A DNA stretch of 64,000 nt, from positions 5,084,001 to 5,148,000 of the forward strand of contig OX597826.1 in NCBI GenBank assembly GCA_951406725.2, given 5' to 3'. The notes under the pieces are model-generated. The model saw nothing but the letters and a program-made list of their open reading frames with translations. It searched no databases and had not been told where the DNA came from. Source of the DNA: Octopus vulgaris (taxonomy: Eukaryota). Below are positions 28,861 to 40,545 of the stretch, one piece after another (the stretch's first letter is position 1; every line of letters begins with the position of its first letter). The position numbers and the translations under genes are program-made.

Positions 28861-30399
28861 TTGTCTTTATATATGAGAGCTGAAATTAAAACTAGCTGGA
28901 TAACTGAATTTCGTCAGAGAATATATTTCGTCTTTGGATCGCCATCCTGCAGTTCTGGTTAGCGATATCTGACAACAACCGAAATGATGGAGAGTGTATT
29001 GCTTCTGATTGTTAAGCTGACTCTTGTGATGCCCTGCAGTCACCACAAGTTAAAGGTGATAACCTTCATATTTGTTTAATGAAAATGAAATAAATAGATG
29101 GAATAAGCCCCTAAATAGAGAAAAGGTATCAAAGTAGAGTGAGAGTTATGAACCCAAAGCAGAACATTATGCATCCGTTCTAGTCTGTAGTTCTAAGTTG
29201 TTCGTGTGTAGAAAGGAAGTTTACAAATGGTGGTGTCTGACAAGACAATGAAATATTTCAGATGAATTAGTGAGGACACGATATAAAATATTTAAAAAGA
29301 AAATTTTGAATAAATACGTAAGTAATCCATGAATAAGTCTATTATTAAACCAGTAAAATATTTAATAATTGGATAAATAATTAAATGAGCAAATGCGATA
29401 GCTTTCGGAGAACAGACCCCGAGTCCCTTTGATGGAATGTGGTTGCTGATGCAATAAGTTTCAGACTTCAAGGATTCACTATGTGTCATGTAGGGCTGTT
29501 TGTATTCGGGTGCGTATAAACAGTATGCTTGACAGGATGTGGACGGATATAATTTTATGGATGTATGTTTCGAGCAAGAGACGAGTCTTACTTTTCCTTA
29601 CTTAGAAGAGCTAATTCTCACAGTCAGTATTCATACGTTAATAGCTTATAAAATTATTGCACAAGTGTTGTACTTTCTTGCGCATGATCGTATATTTTCT
29701 CTATTACGGCACCATATTATATCACTTAATATTGATAGTTTCTGACATTCATATCGGTGTGTGTATGTTTGTTTATTGGGGAATAACGTGCTAGCGTGTA
29801 GCTAGCAGTTTTTGTAGTGAAAATTATGACTTAGCATATGGAGGAACTGCTTTCTAGTATAAACTGGTGTATGCAGCCTGGGTTACTCTACATGGAAGGG
29901 AAACGATTTTAAGATAAATCAGCCCAAAAGAAGGGTCGGATGTACAGAAACAGAGGAAACGTTAGATAAGAATATGCATGTGTGATATGGTGAAAGGAGA
30001 AATGTATAATAGTTTCTCAACTATTAGATCTCGTAGATGTTGCTATTGTAAAGCAACTTGGGTTGTGGAACTGAGTGACTGAATTTGAGCAAGAGGGGGG
30101 AAAGATTTCGGGAGATGATAAAAATGCTACTCAGCTAGTGTTTAACCAGATTATACTGAAATATAATATTTCTCAGACAGAGATATGCTTTAGGGCTCGA
30201 ACCTTAAAATATCTATGTATAAAGGCATTGTATAAAGGCAAGAAATGAAGATTATCAGCAGAATCAGTATCTTAATTTCTGCATGTGCATGTGTCATTGT
30301 TTGTCTTGAAACACTGTCGCGATTTCTCACAGAATTTCACCCAAACTTTGCGCAGTGATCCAGAATCACCTCGGAAGACGATGAAGATTCAGTCATTTG

Positions 30400-31420
30400 A
30401 TCAAATGGATTATCTGTTCTGAATTGCTGGTTGTGCGTTCCGTAGGTACATGTGCCCTTACCATAGTTGTCGGGCAGAATAACCGTGACACAGTGTGTAA
30501 CGAGGCTGTACGTTTCGAATTACAAGTACAGACCACCGAATGGGCTGCTAAGCAGTTTTTGTTCATTCAGTTTCCCCCAGAAAGGAGTAGGTACAGTAGT
30601 TTGTTTAGATTTTCGAATATTCCGCCGACTTCACAGATTACGAGCTTGTGCAGGGTCTTTTGTATGTTTTGGAGAAGTGAGCTAATCCTATAAACTTCTT
30701 AAACTACTGGGCAGTTATTTTGGGCTGAGGTGTGTTCTGACTCTGAATATCAAGACCAATCATTGCAAAGCAGTATTTACTTTAATTAAGATGACTGTCC
30801 ACAATGAGATATCCAAAGCAATGTTAATATCTAGCATTTGAAGCGACCGTAAGTCTTGTACATGAGTTATTTGCGTTTAAGAGGTGAGCAAGATGGACGT
30901 GATGTTAGGTAATCTTTTCTTGATATTTATACTGATTATTTCATTTCCGGGTTAAAAGAGTCAAGATTGGAATGACTCCACCGCGGAAACTTTTGACGAT
31001 TCCGTTCATAGAATAAATGTAAATTTGTTGTAGGATAGCTAGATTAAATACAGAGGACTTTTGCGTACTCTGTAGAAAGTGAGGGGTGAGCGGTGGTATC
31101 AACGGTGCAGGAATAGTGTTTTGGAGGTAACTGCAAGTTAAGTCGTTGTTGTATAAAAGAATGAGTATGGGTAACAAAACTGAACACTGGGGCTCATAAG
31201 GATTGAGAGGAATGAGAGAGTAGAAAAGAAGAGAGAGAAAGAGGTGGTAAGACAAAAGTTGTTTCAGATTATACCAAGAGAGTGCTTTTTAGAAGGCGTT
31301 GATACAAGGGACAGAAGTCGGATGGAGTGTATAGCTTGGTGAAGTTACCAGGAATTTCGAATGAAAAAGTTTAAAATCAGTCGAAAGGTTAGCTATGTTG
31401 AGAGCAGATTACTGCATTGA
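30400..31420 (-). pseudogene. Highly decayed LINE reverse transcriptase remnant
   Basis: Minus strand gives SYTLHPTSVPCINAF, then PQCSVLLPILILLYNNDL (cf. PQGSVLGP.LFLLYINDL) and VDTTAHPS (cf. YADDTTL), with frameshifts and stops. Confidence 0.65.
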
Positions 31421-33654
31421 GCAACTCTCACTACTACGTGACTGTGAGAGTACATCTACAGTAAATCTGGTTTTATAAAACTCGTAGTGTTATTAATAAG
31501 GGAGAAGGTTTCAATCTTTAGTTAGAATAGTTATATGTATGATAATTTTTCTAATTATTCCGACCAAGTATTTGCCATTATCGACATTGTTACAATTGCT
31601 GCTACAATTACTATTTTGTAGAATATTTTACAAACTTCCTCCCTTAAAAACATAGTTTGGGCCCGTCAGGGCGATGATTCATAGATGTGATGTTTTGTTG
31701 TCAATTAAACCAACATACATAACGGAAAAGATCATTCAGAGCCTACACAGCTAGCAGACGTCCATTATATAACATTCGAATAACTAGTGAAACTGCAAAT
31801 TTAAACACTCAGAAATCTACGAAATATTCGTATTTGCTTAAGGCTATCATCGAAAAGGTAAAAACTCACCACGATTCTTAGTTAATGTCTATGAAAAAGC
31901 ACTTCTTTGAAAAAGAATTCTATCCTGCTCTTTTATTTTCGTAGAAGAAAAATAGTGCTTCTGTGTACAAAGCCATAAAAGACGGTTTGCCACTTCTACT
32001 TTTGGTTTAGGAATTCTCATGTGGAACCCAAAGATCATTTGCCATTAACAAACAGCACATTCAATGAAAGGAATACCAAATATTCATCAGCAGGTGGTTT
32101 GGAGATGAGACATAAAGGCCAGGTTGAAAATAGAAATTTCATGCAATGGCTTCCATATTCATTATTCTGTTTAGCAGTGAAGCAATATTGTTAAGAATAT
32201 AATTATGAATCTGAAATAACGTGGATTACACCTGCTTTCCTCCCGAAAGAGTTTACGTACGACAAATATCGCCATTTCTCATTCTGTGCACTCATTACAA
32301 GGTATAGATTCTAATATCAAAGCTTACAAAACTTCGAAATTATGTAAGACGAAACAGATGACCAGCATAATTTCTGAGGGACTTTCTATCATATCATAAC
32401 CATGCAGTTTAAGAAATAGTTGCAGAAGCACTCGTGTTCAATGTGATTAGGATGTACAGCATGCTCCCTTTCAATTACAGTGCAAAACAAATACGTATGT
32501 CAGGGTAACTTTCATGTGAGAGACATTGTTTAGTTTGTTTTCAATCTTTTAAAGCTATATCAAGATGGACAGAATTTGACAATACAGCAACGCCTTTGCA
32601 ATGGTTCATACTTGCACAGCTTATAAAATCAAGTAAATTTTGCGTCCCGTGGGTATTGCATAGTATATGAAACCTTTTAAGTGAACAGCATGTTGTTGAA
32701 TGTTGAGAAAACTTCACGAAAGTGAGACAAAAAAGGTACCATAAATACTCATACCTGCTGATACATCATTGCTCCTACCAGAAGCAGGTAACTCTATTCT
32801 GACTATGAGGCTGCATTAGAACAAAGCATTGCAGCTTAAAACCCCTTGATTTATTGTCGCGTATAGTTGATGAATTTCATTAAATTGTAGAACACCAATC
32901 TCTGGTTTAATACTCTTGATTAGGGTTGCGTAGCAAAGAACTGTGAAATTTGTATTATTTTTTTCAATTTCGTGCCCTACGAACAATTATTGGAAACATC
33001 CGTCTTTATTGTACTTATGTAAGAGGCTTAACCGTCTTTATCTCTTTGAAACTCCTTGAAAAATGAGTGTTGAAATCATTTGCTTCTTTAATCTTCTTTA
33101 ACCACTGAATTTACAGCTGAGGGCACCAGAGCACCATAAACCCTAAGTGTCTTACTATGCGTTTTCTCGCTGGTGGTAATAGATGTTCTAAAGGTATGAT
33201 AAAACCAATTTGATTTGGGCGGCACATTTATTTACTATCTCAAAATCTGTGCATACAGTAGCTCCCTGGATATAATACCAGGTTGCACAAGTAACAAAGA
33301 ACGGTCCAAATATTTGGCAATAAGTAATCCAGTTATCATTTTGCTTAGTTTGATGCGGAAAATCGTTAATGTGAGACCATGTCTATCAATATATATTCGC
33401 CTCGGGGAGATTCATTTCATCTCAAGTTGACAGCGAAATTATATTGGCATATTCTGAGCATCTGAGACAATGAGAATATGTCACTTTATACTTTGTTCTT
33501 TGTGTATATATGGCACAATAAATTGTTACAGAGTCACACACAAGAACCCGGGGAATCCAAAGACTCAAGTACATCTCGCGGCGATCGAGAATAGCGTGGC
33601 AAAAGTTAGGATGTTGCCTCACTGTCGCAGCCTTCAACATGTCTTTTTATTTTT

Positions 33655-33795
33655 ATTTTACTTGCTTCAGCCATATGACTGCGGCCATGTTGGAGCACTG
33701 CCTTTAGTCGAACAAACTGACCGCAGGTCTTATTCTTTGTAGGCCTAGTACTTATTCTACCGTCTTCTTTTGCCGAACCGCTACGTTACGGGCAC
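33655..33795 (-). mobile_element. 3' fragment of the major tRNA-SINE
   Basis: tttacttgcttcagccatatgactgcggccatgttggagcac...gccgaaccgct matches the family tail. Confidence 0.8.
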
Positions 33796-33859
33796 GGGTC
33801 CCTATTACAGTGATCGTTATGTATATGCTAAATGAAATACAGAAGATGGAATATACGAG

Positions 33860-34957
33860 AATTTATCATTAATCAAGACAATTGTTTCGACACATCTAGC
33901 ATTGATCCCTCACGGATGGGACACCCAAATACTGGATCAGGAGTATCAAGCGGTGCAGATGTATCTCATCAGGTGATAAATTGACACAGCTCATTAAAAT
34001 AACAATTCTGCAATGTAACTTCTCGTGTTGTAGAAAGAAAACCAATCAGACGGAGTAAATATCTTCATTTATATGGAAGAGGAAAAGTAAAATCGCAGAT
34101 GGAAAAAGAGAAACAAACACGCAATACAGCGAGAAAAGTATAAAAAATAACTGTTAACAAATATGGATGTATAAACGCCCTCGAGCAAGCTGCATGGCGC
34201 GACTACACTCGCTCAAACACGCATCCAAGAAAATGTGAGCATACGCACACGTGAGGTTTGATGCAATCACGATCACAAAACGAGTTGAGTATCTACTTGG
34301 TGTTGGTAAGAATGGGGAGGTTAAAAGTAAATTTAATTCATCCACACCTTAAAGTAAATGATGTTACCCAAATGATGTTACCCAAAACAGTTACCCAAAA
34401 CAGTTACCCAAAATGCATTCTCACTGAGTTATGCGAAAATAGATTTACTTGCGTGTAGGCATCTTGAGAGTCTTTCAAAAATTCTATTAATGATCTTCTC
34501 ATTAGTCCACAGAATATACTGGGATTCCTCGGAGCAGAGACGGCATCTCCTGAAAATTATGTTGTATGGTTTCGATTATCTTACTACGGACCAAGTTGTG
34601 CTGTACTTCATTTTATCCTTTTTCAGTCGCCATACAAAATCGGCCAAAGAGGAAAGTTTCTTATTGATTGTCTAAAAGCTGGTGACATGGTTACGATAAC
34701 AATTCTTCAATGAATCAACCGTCTGTCCAATGTAATTTTATTTTTAATCTTATATGTAAATGAAGATATTTCTTCCGTCTGACTGCCTTTCTTTCTACAA
34801 AAGGAGAAGTTACATTGTAGAACGGTTATTTTAACGAGCTGTGTCGATTTATCACCCGATAAGATACATCTTCACCGCCGGAAACTCCCGAACCAGTTGT
34901 TAAGTGTCGCACCCGTGAGGGATCTATGCTAGCTGTGTCGAAACGACTGTGATTAAT

Positions 34958-34960
<3 letters not shown>
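33860..34960 (-). mobile_element. 5'-truncated Penelope-like element with GIY-YIG endonuclease remnant and inverted pseudo-LTR
   Basis: Minus 34737 to about 34445 translates NYIGQTVDSLKNCYRNHVTSF/fs/KLSSLADFVWRLKKDKMKYSTTWSVVR*SKPYNIIFRRCRLCSEESQYILWTNEKIINR/fs/RCLH. The pLTR (about 33860-34075) contains an HHR. An inverted pLTR copy at 34752-34960 abuts the truncation point. Confidence 0.88.
33862..33982 (-). ncRNA. Type I hammerhead motif with enlarged loop II (in the PLE pLTR)
   Basis: aauuuaucac-CUGAUGA-gauacaucu(about 60-nt loop)agauguguc-GAAAC-aauu-GUC-uugau...ugauaaauu. Stem III is the palindrome ACAAUUGU. One mismatch at the first stem I pair. Confidence 0.7.
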
Positions 34961-35032
<72 letters not shown>

Positions 35033-35042
<10 letters not shown>

Positions 35043-36438
35043 TATTAGAGACAAAACCACTATTTTGCAAAACAAACAAGGAAAGACTTAATCAATACAT
35101 AAAATTTTAATAAATAGTAAAAAAAACCGCCACTACAATCGTTTCTTGTCTTGATCGACAATCTTCAGGTGGACTTCCAATCTAAAATATCAATATTTTA
35201 AAATATACAAATAATAATTTTAAAATAATTAAAGTATGAATGAAAAAATATAAATATATAATCCATATATAACCTATATATAATCCATATATAATCAATA
35301 TATAAACAATATATAAACTAAAATAAACCTATCAACAATTAAATATAAAATATAAAATATAAAACAAAACAAAAAAATAATAATAATATAATAATAAACT
35401 ATATATACACCCATACACATATACCTAATTATATATAACCATATCTAACTACATACACTAAATCACACACCTATATATATATCCCTATACATACACATAA
35501 AAACGTCTAGGCAACTATAAATAAATAAAATAGCTAAATACTTCAACACAATACTTATTCATACTCCCACACACACACACATACAACTCACATTCACGCT
35601 CTAGAAAACGGACATCACTCAAAATTATGAACGGAGAAATGGAATAAATGGAATTAAAAATTATATTCACTTGGTAAAACGAACACTACTTAAAAATTAT
35701 GAATGAAACAATGCAATAAAACAACAGACATCGCAAATATACACAAATTACTACGAATTCCTTAACAAACCTACCATGATAAACCAAAACTCACAAAAAC
35801 ATATAATGATAAAATCTCCCTTTACTAAACTCTATAACATACCTATATAGCAATCCCCCTAACCTAAACATTCACACACAAATACACACACGTAAACCAC
35901 ACACCCACGACATATACAAATACCCACACCACTTACACATACCAATACATACATATAAACCTCAACATATACTCCAAAACCCACTCAACCCCACACAGAC
36001 AAATAAACACAAAAATTATGAATGGATTCTTTTATAAAACTACCATGATAAGCTAAAACTCACAAAACAGAAATGATAAAACCTCCCTTTACTAAACACT
36101 ATAACATACTTATATAGCAATCCCTTTAACCTATACATTCACACACAAAAACACACACGTAAACCACACACCCATAACAAATACAAACACCCACCCCACT
36201 CACACACACCCACAAGTACATATAAGCCTCAACATATACACCAAACAAAATTACTTTACCAAGGAACTTAACATATGTATAAAAAGTATAACCGCTCTGG
36301 AAACAAACATCTCTAAATTAATGAATGGAGAAATAGTGGTTTTGTCTCTAATAATATTTTATAATATTTTACTATAAAATTGGATTTAATCCTAAATCTG
36401 ATTTTTTCCCTGTAATTTTGGATTTATTCCCTAATATT

Positions 36439-36443
<5 letters not shown>
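35033..36443 (-). mobile_element. Non-autonomous PLE-type element with HHR, inverted terminal arm and internal duplication
   Basis: (TA)n on both flanks. tataaaatattattagagacaaaaccactatt (35033-35064) is inverted at about 36332-36363. HHR at 35130-35172. Internal duplication 35771-35980 vs 36040-36245. No ORF. Confidence 0.78.
35130..35172 (-). ncRNA. Type I hammerhead ribozyme, intact
   Basis: CCAC-CUGAAGA-UUGUC(gaucaa)GACAA-GAAAC-gauu-GUA-GUGG. Stem I is 4 bp, stem II is 5 bp, stem III is near-palindromic ACGAUUGU, GUA triplet. Confidence 0.85.
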
Positions 36444-36469
<26 letters not shown>

Positions 36470-36689
36470 AATTCTAAAAGGTATTATTGTTCAATCAAAT
36501 TGACATTTACAGAAGTTATATATTTTTTAAATTTAATAATATTCAATGAGAAGTAATCTACCTCGTTTCACCGATAAATATCCATGTAGTAAAGAAATGA
36601 CGATGGAGCAAGTGGTACGTCATTTGGTGAAAGACAGAAAGGAAACTGAAGGCATAGTAATACGAAACTAGGAGGGTAAATGTAGAAGC

Positions 36690-36846
36690 GTCTTTCAGTT
36701 TCTGTCTATCAAATACATTCACAAAGCTTTATTCGACTCGAGGCTTTAGAAAAAGACACTTGTGCAAGATGCCACGCTGTGGGACTGAACGCCGAATCCC
36801 ATGTGATTAAGAAGCAAGCTTCTTATCACACAGCTGCGCCTGCGCC
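36690..36846 (-). mobile_element. Head half of the major tRNA-SINE (diverged)
   Basis: tctttcagtttctgtctatcaaat...gggactgaac...cacagctgcgcctgcgcc. Confidence 0.75.
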
Positions 36847-37182
36847 TGTCAATTTGTTTTAATAAATGTATCGATGAAATTATAATGAAAATAATAGCTG
36901 GAGAGTCTAAAGTTTATTTGATGAACTTCCAACCATGATTAATTAATTAAATGAACTTTAAAAAAGACAAAACTTTAATGGCAATATATATTTTCCGAAA
37001 CAACCTCCCCTAATCTTGATAAAAAAAAACAAAAAACGAGAGGATAGATTTACTGAAGGTTGCATGCACCACACGTGGAAATCATTCTGGGCAATTACTA
37101 CGTTTTGAGTAACAATACTAACTCAGTATAGTCGGGCCCCACATTTCTATGGATTTTTAGGGTTTTTAACGTGCAACATTAG

Positions 37183-37590
37183 ACTCTTTACTCTTTACTC
37201 TTTTACTTGTTTCAGTCATTTAACTGCGGTCATGCTGGAGCACCGCCTTTAATCGAACAAATCGAACCCGGGACTTATTCTTTGTAAACCCAGTACTTAT
37301 TCTATCGGTCTCTTTTGCCGAACCGCTAAGTTACGGGGACGTAAACACACCAGCACCGGTTGTCAAGCAATGCTAGGGGGACAGACACACACACTCACAC
37401 ACGCACATATATATATATACATATATACGACAGGCTTCTTTCATTTTCCGACTACCAAATCCACTCACAAGGCATTGGTCGGCCCGGATCTATAGCAGAA
37501 GACACTTGCCCAAGATGCCACGCCGTGGGACTGAACCCGGAATCATGTGGTTGGTTAGCAAGCTACTTACCACACGGCCACTCCCGGGCC
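37183..37590 (-). mobile_element. Major tRNA-SINE, full length
   Basis: Matches 5641-6030, including the internal (CA)n(TA)n tract and the (AAAGAGT)n tail. Confidence 0.9.
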
Positions 37591-37695
37591 TATGGTAGTA
37601 TGGTAGTATGTCCTTTGCCAACACCGTCCACTGTTTCCGAAAAGCAAGCGTCAGTGTGAGCGGTTCCCTACAATTGTTTTTAAGTCATAACGCGA

Positions 37696-37773
<78 letters not shown>

Positions 37774-38177
37774 TGAAGAAGAAGAAAGTGAGAATGTGAA
37801 TAAGTTACTGTTTAACAAGTACTGTAGGTAACAACCCTGTAAATAGATTTCTGACGAAGTTGTTTTATATACTCTTAAAATAGATAGGAACTTTTCAGCA
37901 TCCCACCTCTGTATGTCTGATGAATGCGATATTTGTCATCAACATGCAAAGCTACATTTGTGAGGAAAATTTGAATACTATCCATTGAGAATTGAAAAGT
38001 ATTCAAGTGGTCGGAAGAAATCGAAAACAGATTCGAAAACAGTACTCAACACATCAGTTTGAGCTACATGTATTTTACAACAGATCAGAGACAGATCATC
38101 ATGTAAGATGGACATATCCTACACCCACGAAACTAATTTGGAATCCAGTGAGAGTGTTCTTACGTGAATATATATAT

Positions 38178-38371
38178 AGTTAATCCAAACACAACAACAC
38201 GAGGACGTGGAACAAGTATAGTGTTATTGGACGCTCAGGAAAGGAGGAAAGAAGGAGGGTTTAACGTTTCGAGCGGGGCTCTTCGTCAGAAACATAGAAA
38301 AAGGAAAGGGCCAAGAAAGGGAAGACGGAGAAAGAAAATCGCCAACGGTACACACGCGGTAACATATTGAA

Positions 38372-38372
<1 letters not shown>
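38178..38372 (-). mobile_element. Short (TA)n-embedded element with a minimal hammerhead (38259-38293)
   Basis: Minus strand GUUU-CUGACGA-a-GAGC(ccc)GCUC-GAAAC-GUU-AAAC. A homologous copy in the opposite orientation is at 63555-63756. Confidence 0.8.
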
Positions 38373-38402
<30 letters not shown>

Positions 38403-38459
38403 CATATATATGTATGCATGTATGTATGAGTGTATTTCGGATTAATATACTTGCATATG

Positions 38460-38695
38460 TGGAGGCGCGTGGCTTAGTTTTTAGGGTGTCAGCACCATGA
38501 TCGTAAGATTGTGGTTTCGATTCCTGGACCGAGTGAAGCGTCGTGTTCTTCATTTCACGTTGCTCCAGTCTACTCAGCTGGCAAAAATGAGTAACGCTGC
38601 GATGGACTGGCGTCCTGTCCAGATGGGGAGCACATGCGCCATAGAAACCGGGAAGCCGAGCCTATGAGCCTGGCTAGGCTTGAAAAGGGCGCATT
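38460..38695 (+). mobile_element. tRNA-derived SINE, second family (V/Meta-domain-like body)
   Basis: A box tggcttagt, B box ggtttcgattcc, body ctgcgatggactggcgtcctgtccag. Confidence 0.7.
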
Positions 38696-38769
38696 TTAAA
38701 AATATTTTTTATACTTGCATATAATTTTTGTCTCACAATATGCAAGAAAGACTGTTCCGGTTTGTTAAT

Positions 38770-38960
38770 GGCTGGAGCGGCGGACAAAATGCCTTGCAAC
38801 ATATTAACGGCATAATATATACTGGGTTCAAACTCCAGCGAAATCAAGTTTGCTTTCCGTCTTCCTAGTATCGATAAAATAATGCACTAGTCAAGAACTG
38901 ACGTCGTTTTAATCGATTAGTTTCTTCGTTCCAAAATTTATGGTTTTCAGTCTGATGTTA
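38770..38960 (+). mobile_element. Decayed Nin-like SINE
   Basis: ggacaaaatgc...gggttcaaactcc...tttgctttccgtcttcctagtatcgataaaat. Confidence 0.6.
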
Positions 38961-40174
38961 GAATCGAATATAATAAACAAGTGAGAATTTATATATTGCG
39001 AGTTGAAGTAGGATTATATTAAATAATATTGCCCGAATGAAATCAACATAAATATTTTGTAGATGGGAAATTGAAATCAATATTAGCTTAAATGAAAAAA
39101 AAAAAAAAAAACCAGAAATAGAAAAAGATAAATAAATAAAACTTGGGGTATAAATTTTTGTTACCTACGTATAAACCCTATGATTTTCTTTTTCAATATG
39201 TTGAAGTTTCATTCGTTTGATAAATATATTTTTCTTTCATGCTTTAAACTGAAATTAATATTCACTTCTTATACTCGAGAATTGATATTATGTAAGCGGG
39301 GAAAACAAAATTATTTTAAAATGCAGTGAGTGGAATGTCTTTTATGTACACAATAAACGTAATCTAGATTTACGTTATTCCTTTCCATTTTCAAATATAT
39401 TAAATTCGTCTCTCTTTCCCTCTCTTTCTCTCGTCACATTTATATTGAAATACTAACCAGAAAAAAACCCGTCATTCTTCAATAAAATATATAAGCCAAC
39501 TTATTAACTCCTCGTGGAAATTTATATTTTAGTTTCTGAAGTAGGCTTTTTAAAAAAATAAATCATTCCGAAAATGATATGATTACTTTTCTCTTATTTA
39601 AGAAACCATAAATTGCTTTCAATATGTTAAGACAACAGAAGATAAAGCTAGGAAGCTACATTGGCCAGAAGAATATGTTTCAACAAGACTCTATCTGTTC
39701 TTATCAATGTAATTTCGTCAATGTCAACAAAAGGAAGGCTTTAACAAAATATTTGTTTTGCTTCAGTGACACTTATTTCCCCACTGTTCCTTTTTAAGAT
39801 TGTAGATATATTTTATTTTCACGAGATGAAGCTAGAAAAAATATATAAGTATTTCTAAATAGAAAATATTTTCCTTCTATTCGTTGTGATATCCGTTCTA
39901 ACGAACAACAAAATGCTACACTCATATATGCGCATACATGCAGTTACGCATTCTCATATACATAATCATAGGCGTTGTGTCTACACACAAGTAAATGTAT
40001 CTCTATGCATACTCACAGTTCTATACATAGAGTACACAGAGTCAAACATACATCATTATTTACATTATTTGAAGGAGTGTATTTGCTTAGAAATACAACA
40101 ATAGCGTTCAACAAAGTGACTGCAAATTATATTCATACCAAATTGTGCTCTCGGTTCGAATTCTGCCGTGAGAA

Positions 40175-40545
40175 TGTGGTAAGGAGCTTGCTTCCCAACC
40201 ACATGGTTCCAGGTTCAGTCTCATTGCGTGGCATCTTGGGCAAGTGTCTTCTGCTATAGTCTCGGGTCGAACAAAGCCTTGTGGGTGGGTTTGGTAGACG
40301 GAAACTGAAAGAAGCCCGTCATGTATATGTGTGTATGTCTTTACGTCTGTACCCCTACCCCCGCTTGACAATCGGTGTTGGCGTGTTTACGTCCCCGTAA
40401 CTTAGCGTTTCGGTTAAAAACACCGATAGAATAAGTACTAGGCTTTAAAAAATAAGTTCTGAGGTCGATTTGTTTGACTAAAACCCTTGAAGGCGGTGCC
40501 CCATCATGGCCGCAGTCAAATGAAAAACAAGCAAAAAGTAAAAGA
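40175..40545 (+). mobile_element. Major tRNA-SINE (followed by another head fragment to about 40635)
   Basis: tgtggtaaggagcttgcttcccaaccacatggttcc...gaagcccgtc...cagtcaaatg. Confidence 0.85.

Noticed and set aside
32000-33500. Possible decayed hAT transposase (HTCTAYKI, TNLWFNTLD resembling C.AH..NL and TRWNS)
   Set aside because: The motifs are too degenerate and no TIR or TSD was found; needs a translated search.
37913-37958. atgt-CTGATGA...AAAGCTACAT, hammerhead-like
   Set aside because: It lacks the G of GAAA and a convincing stem II.
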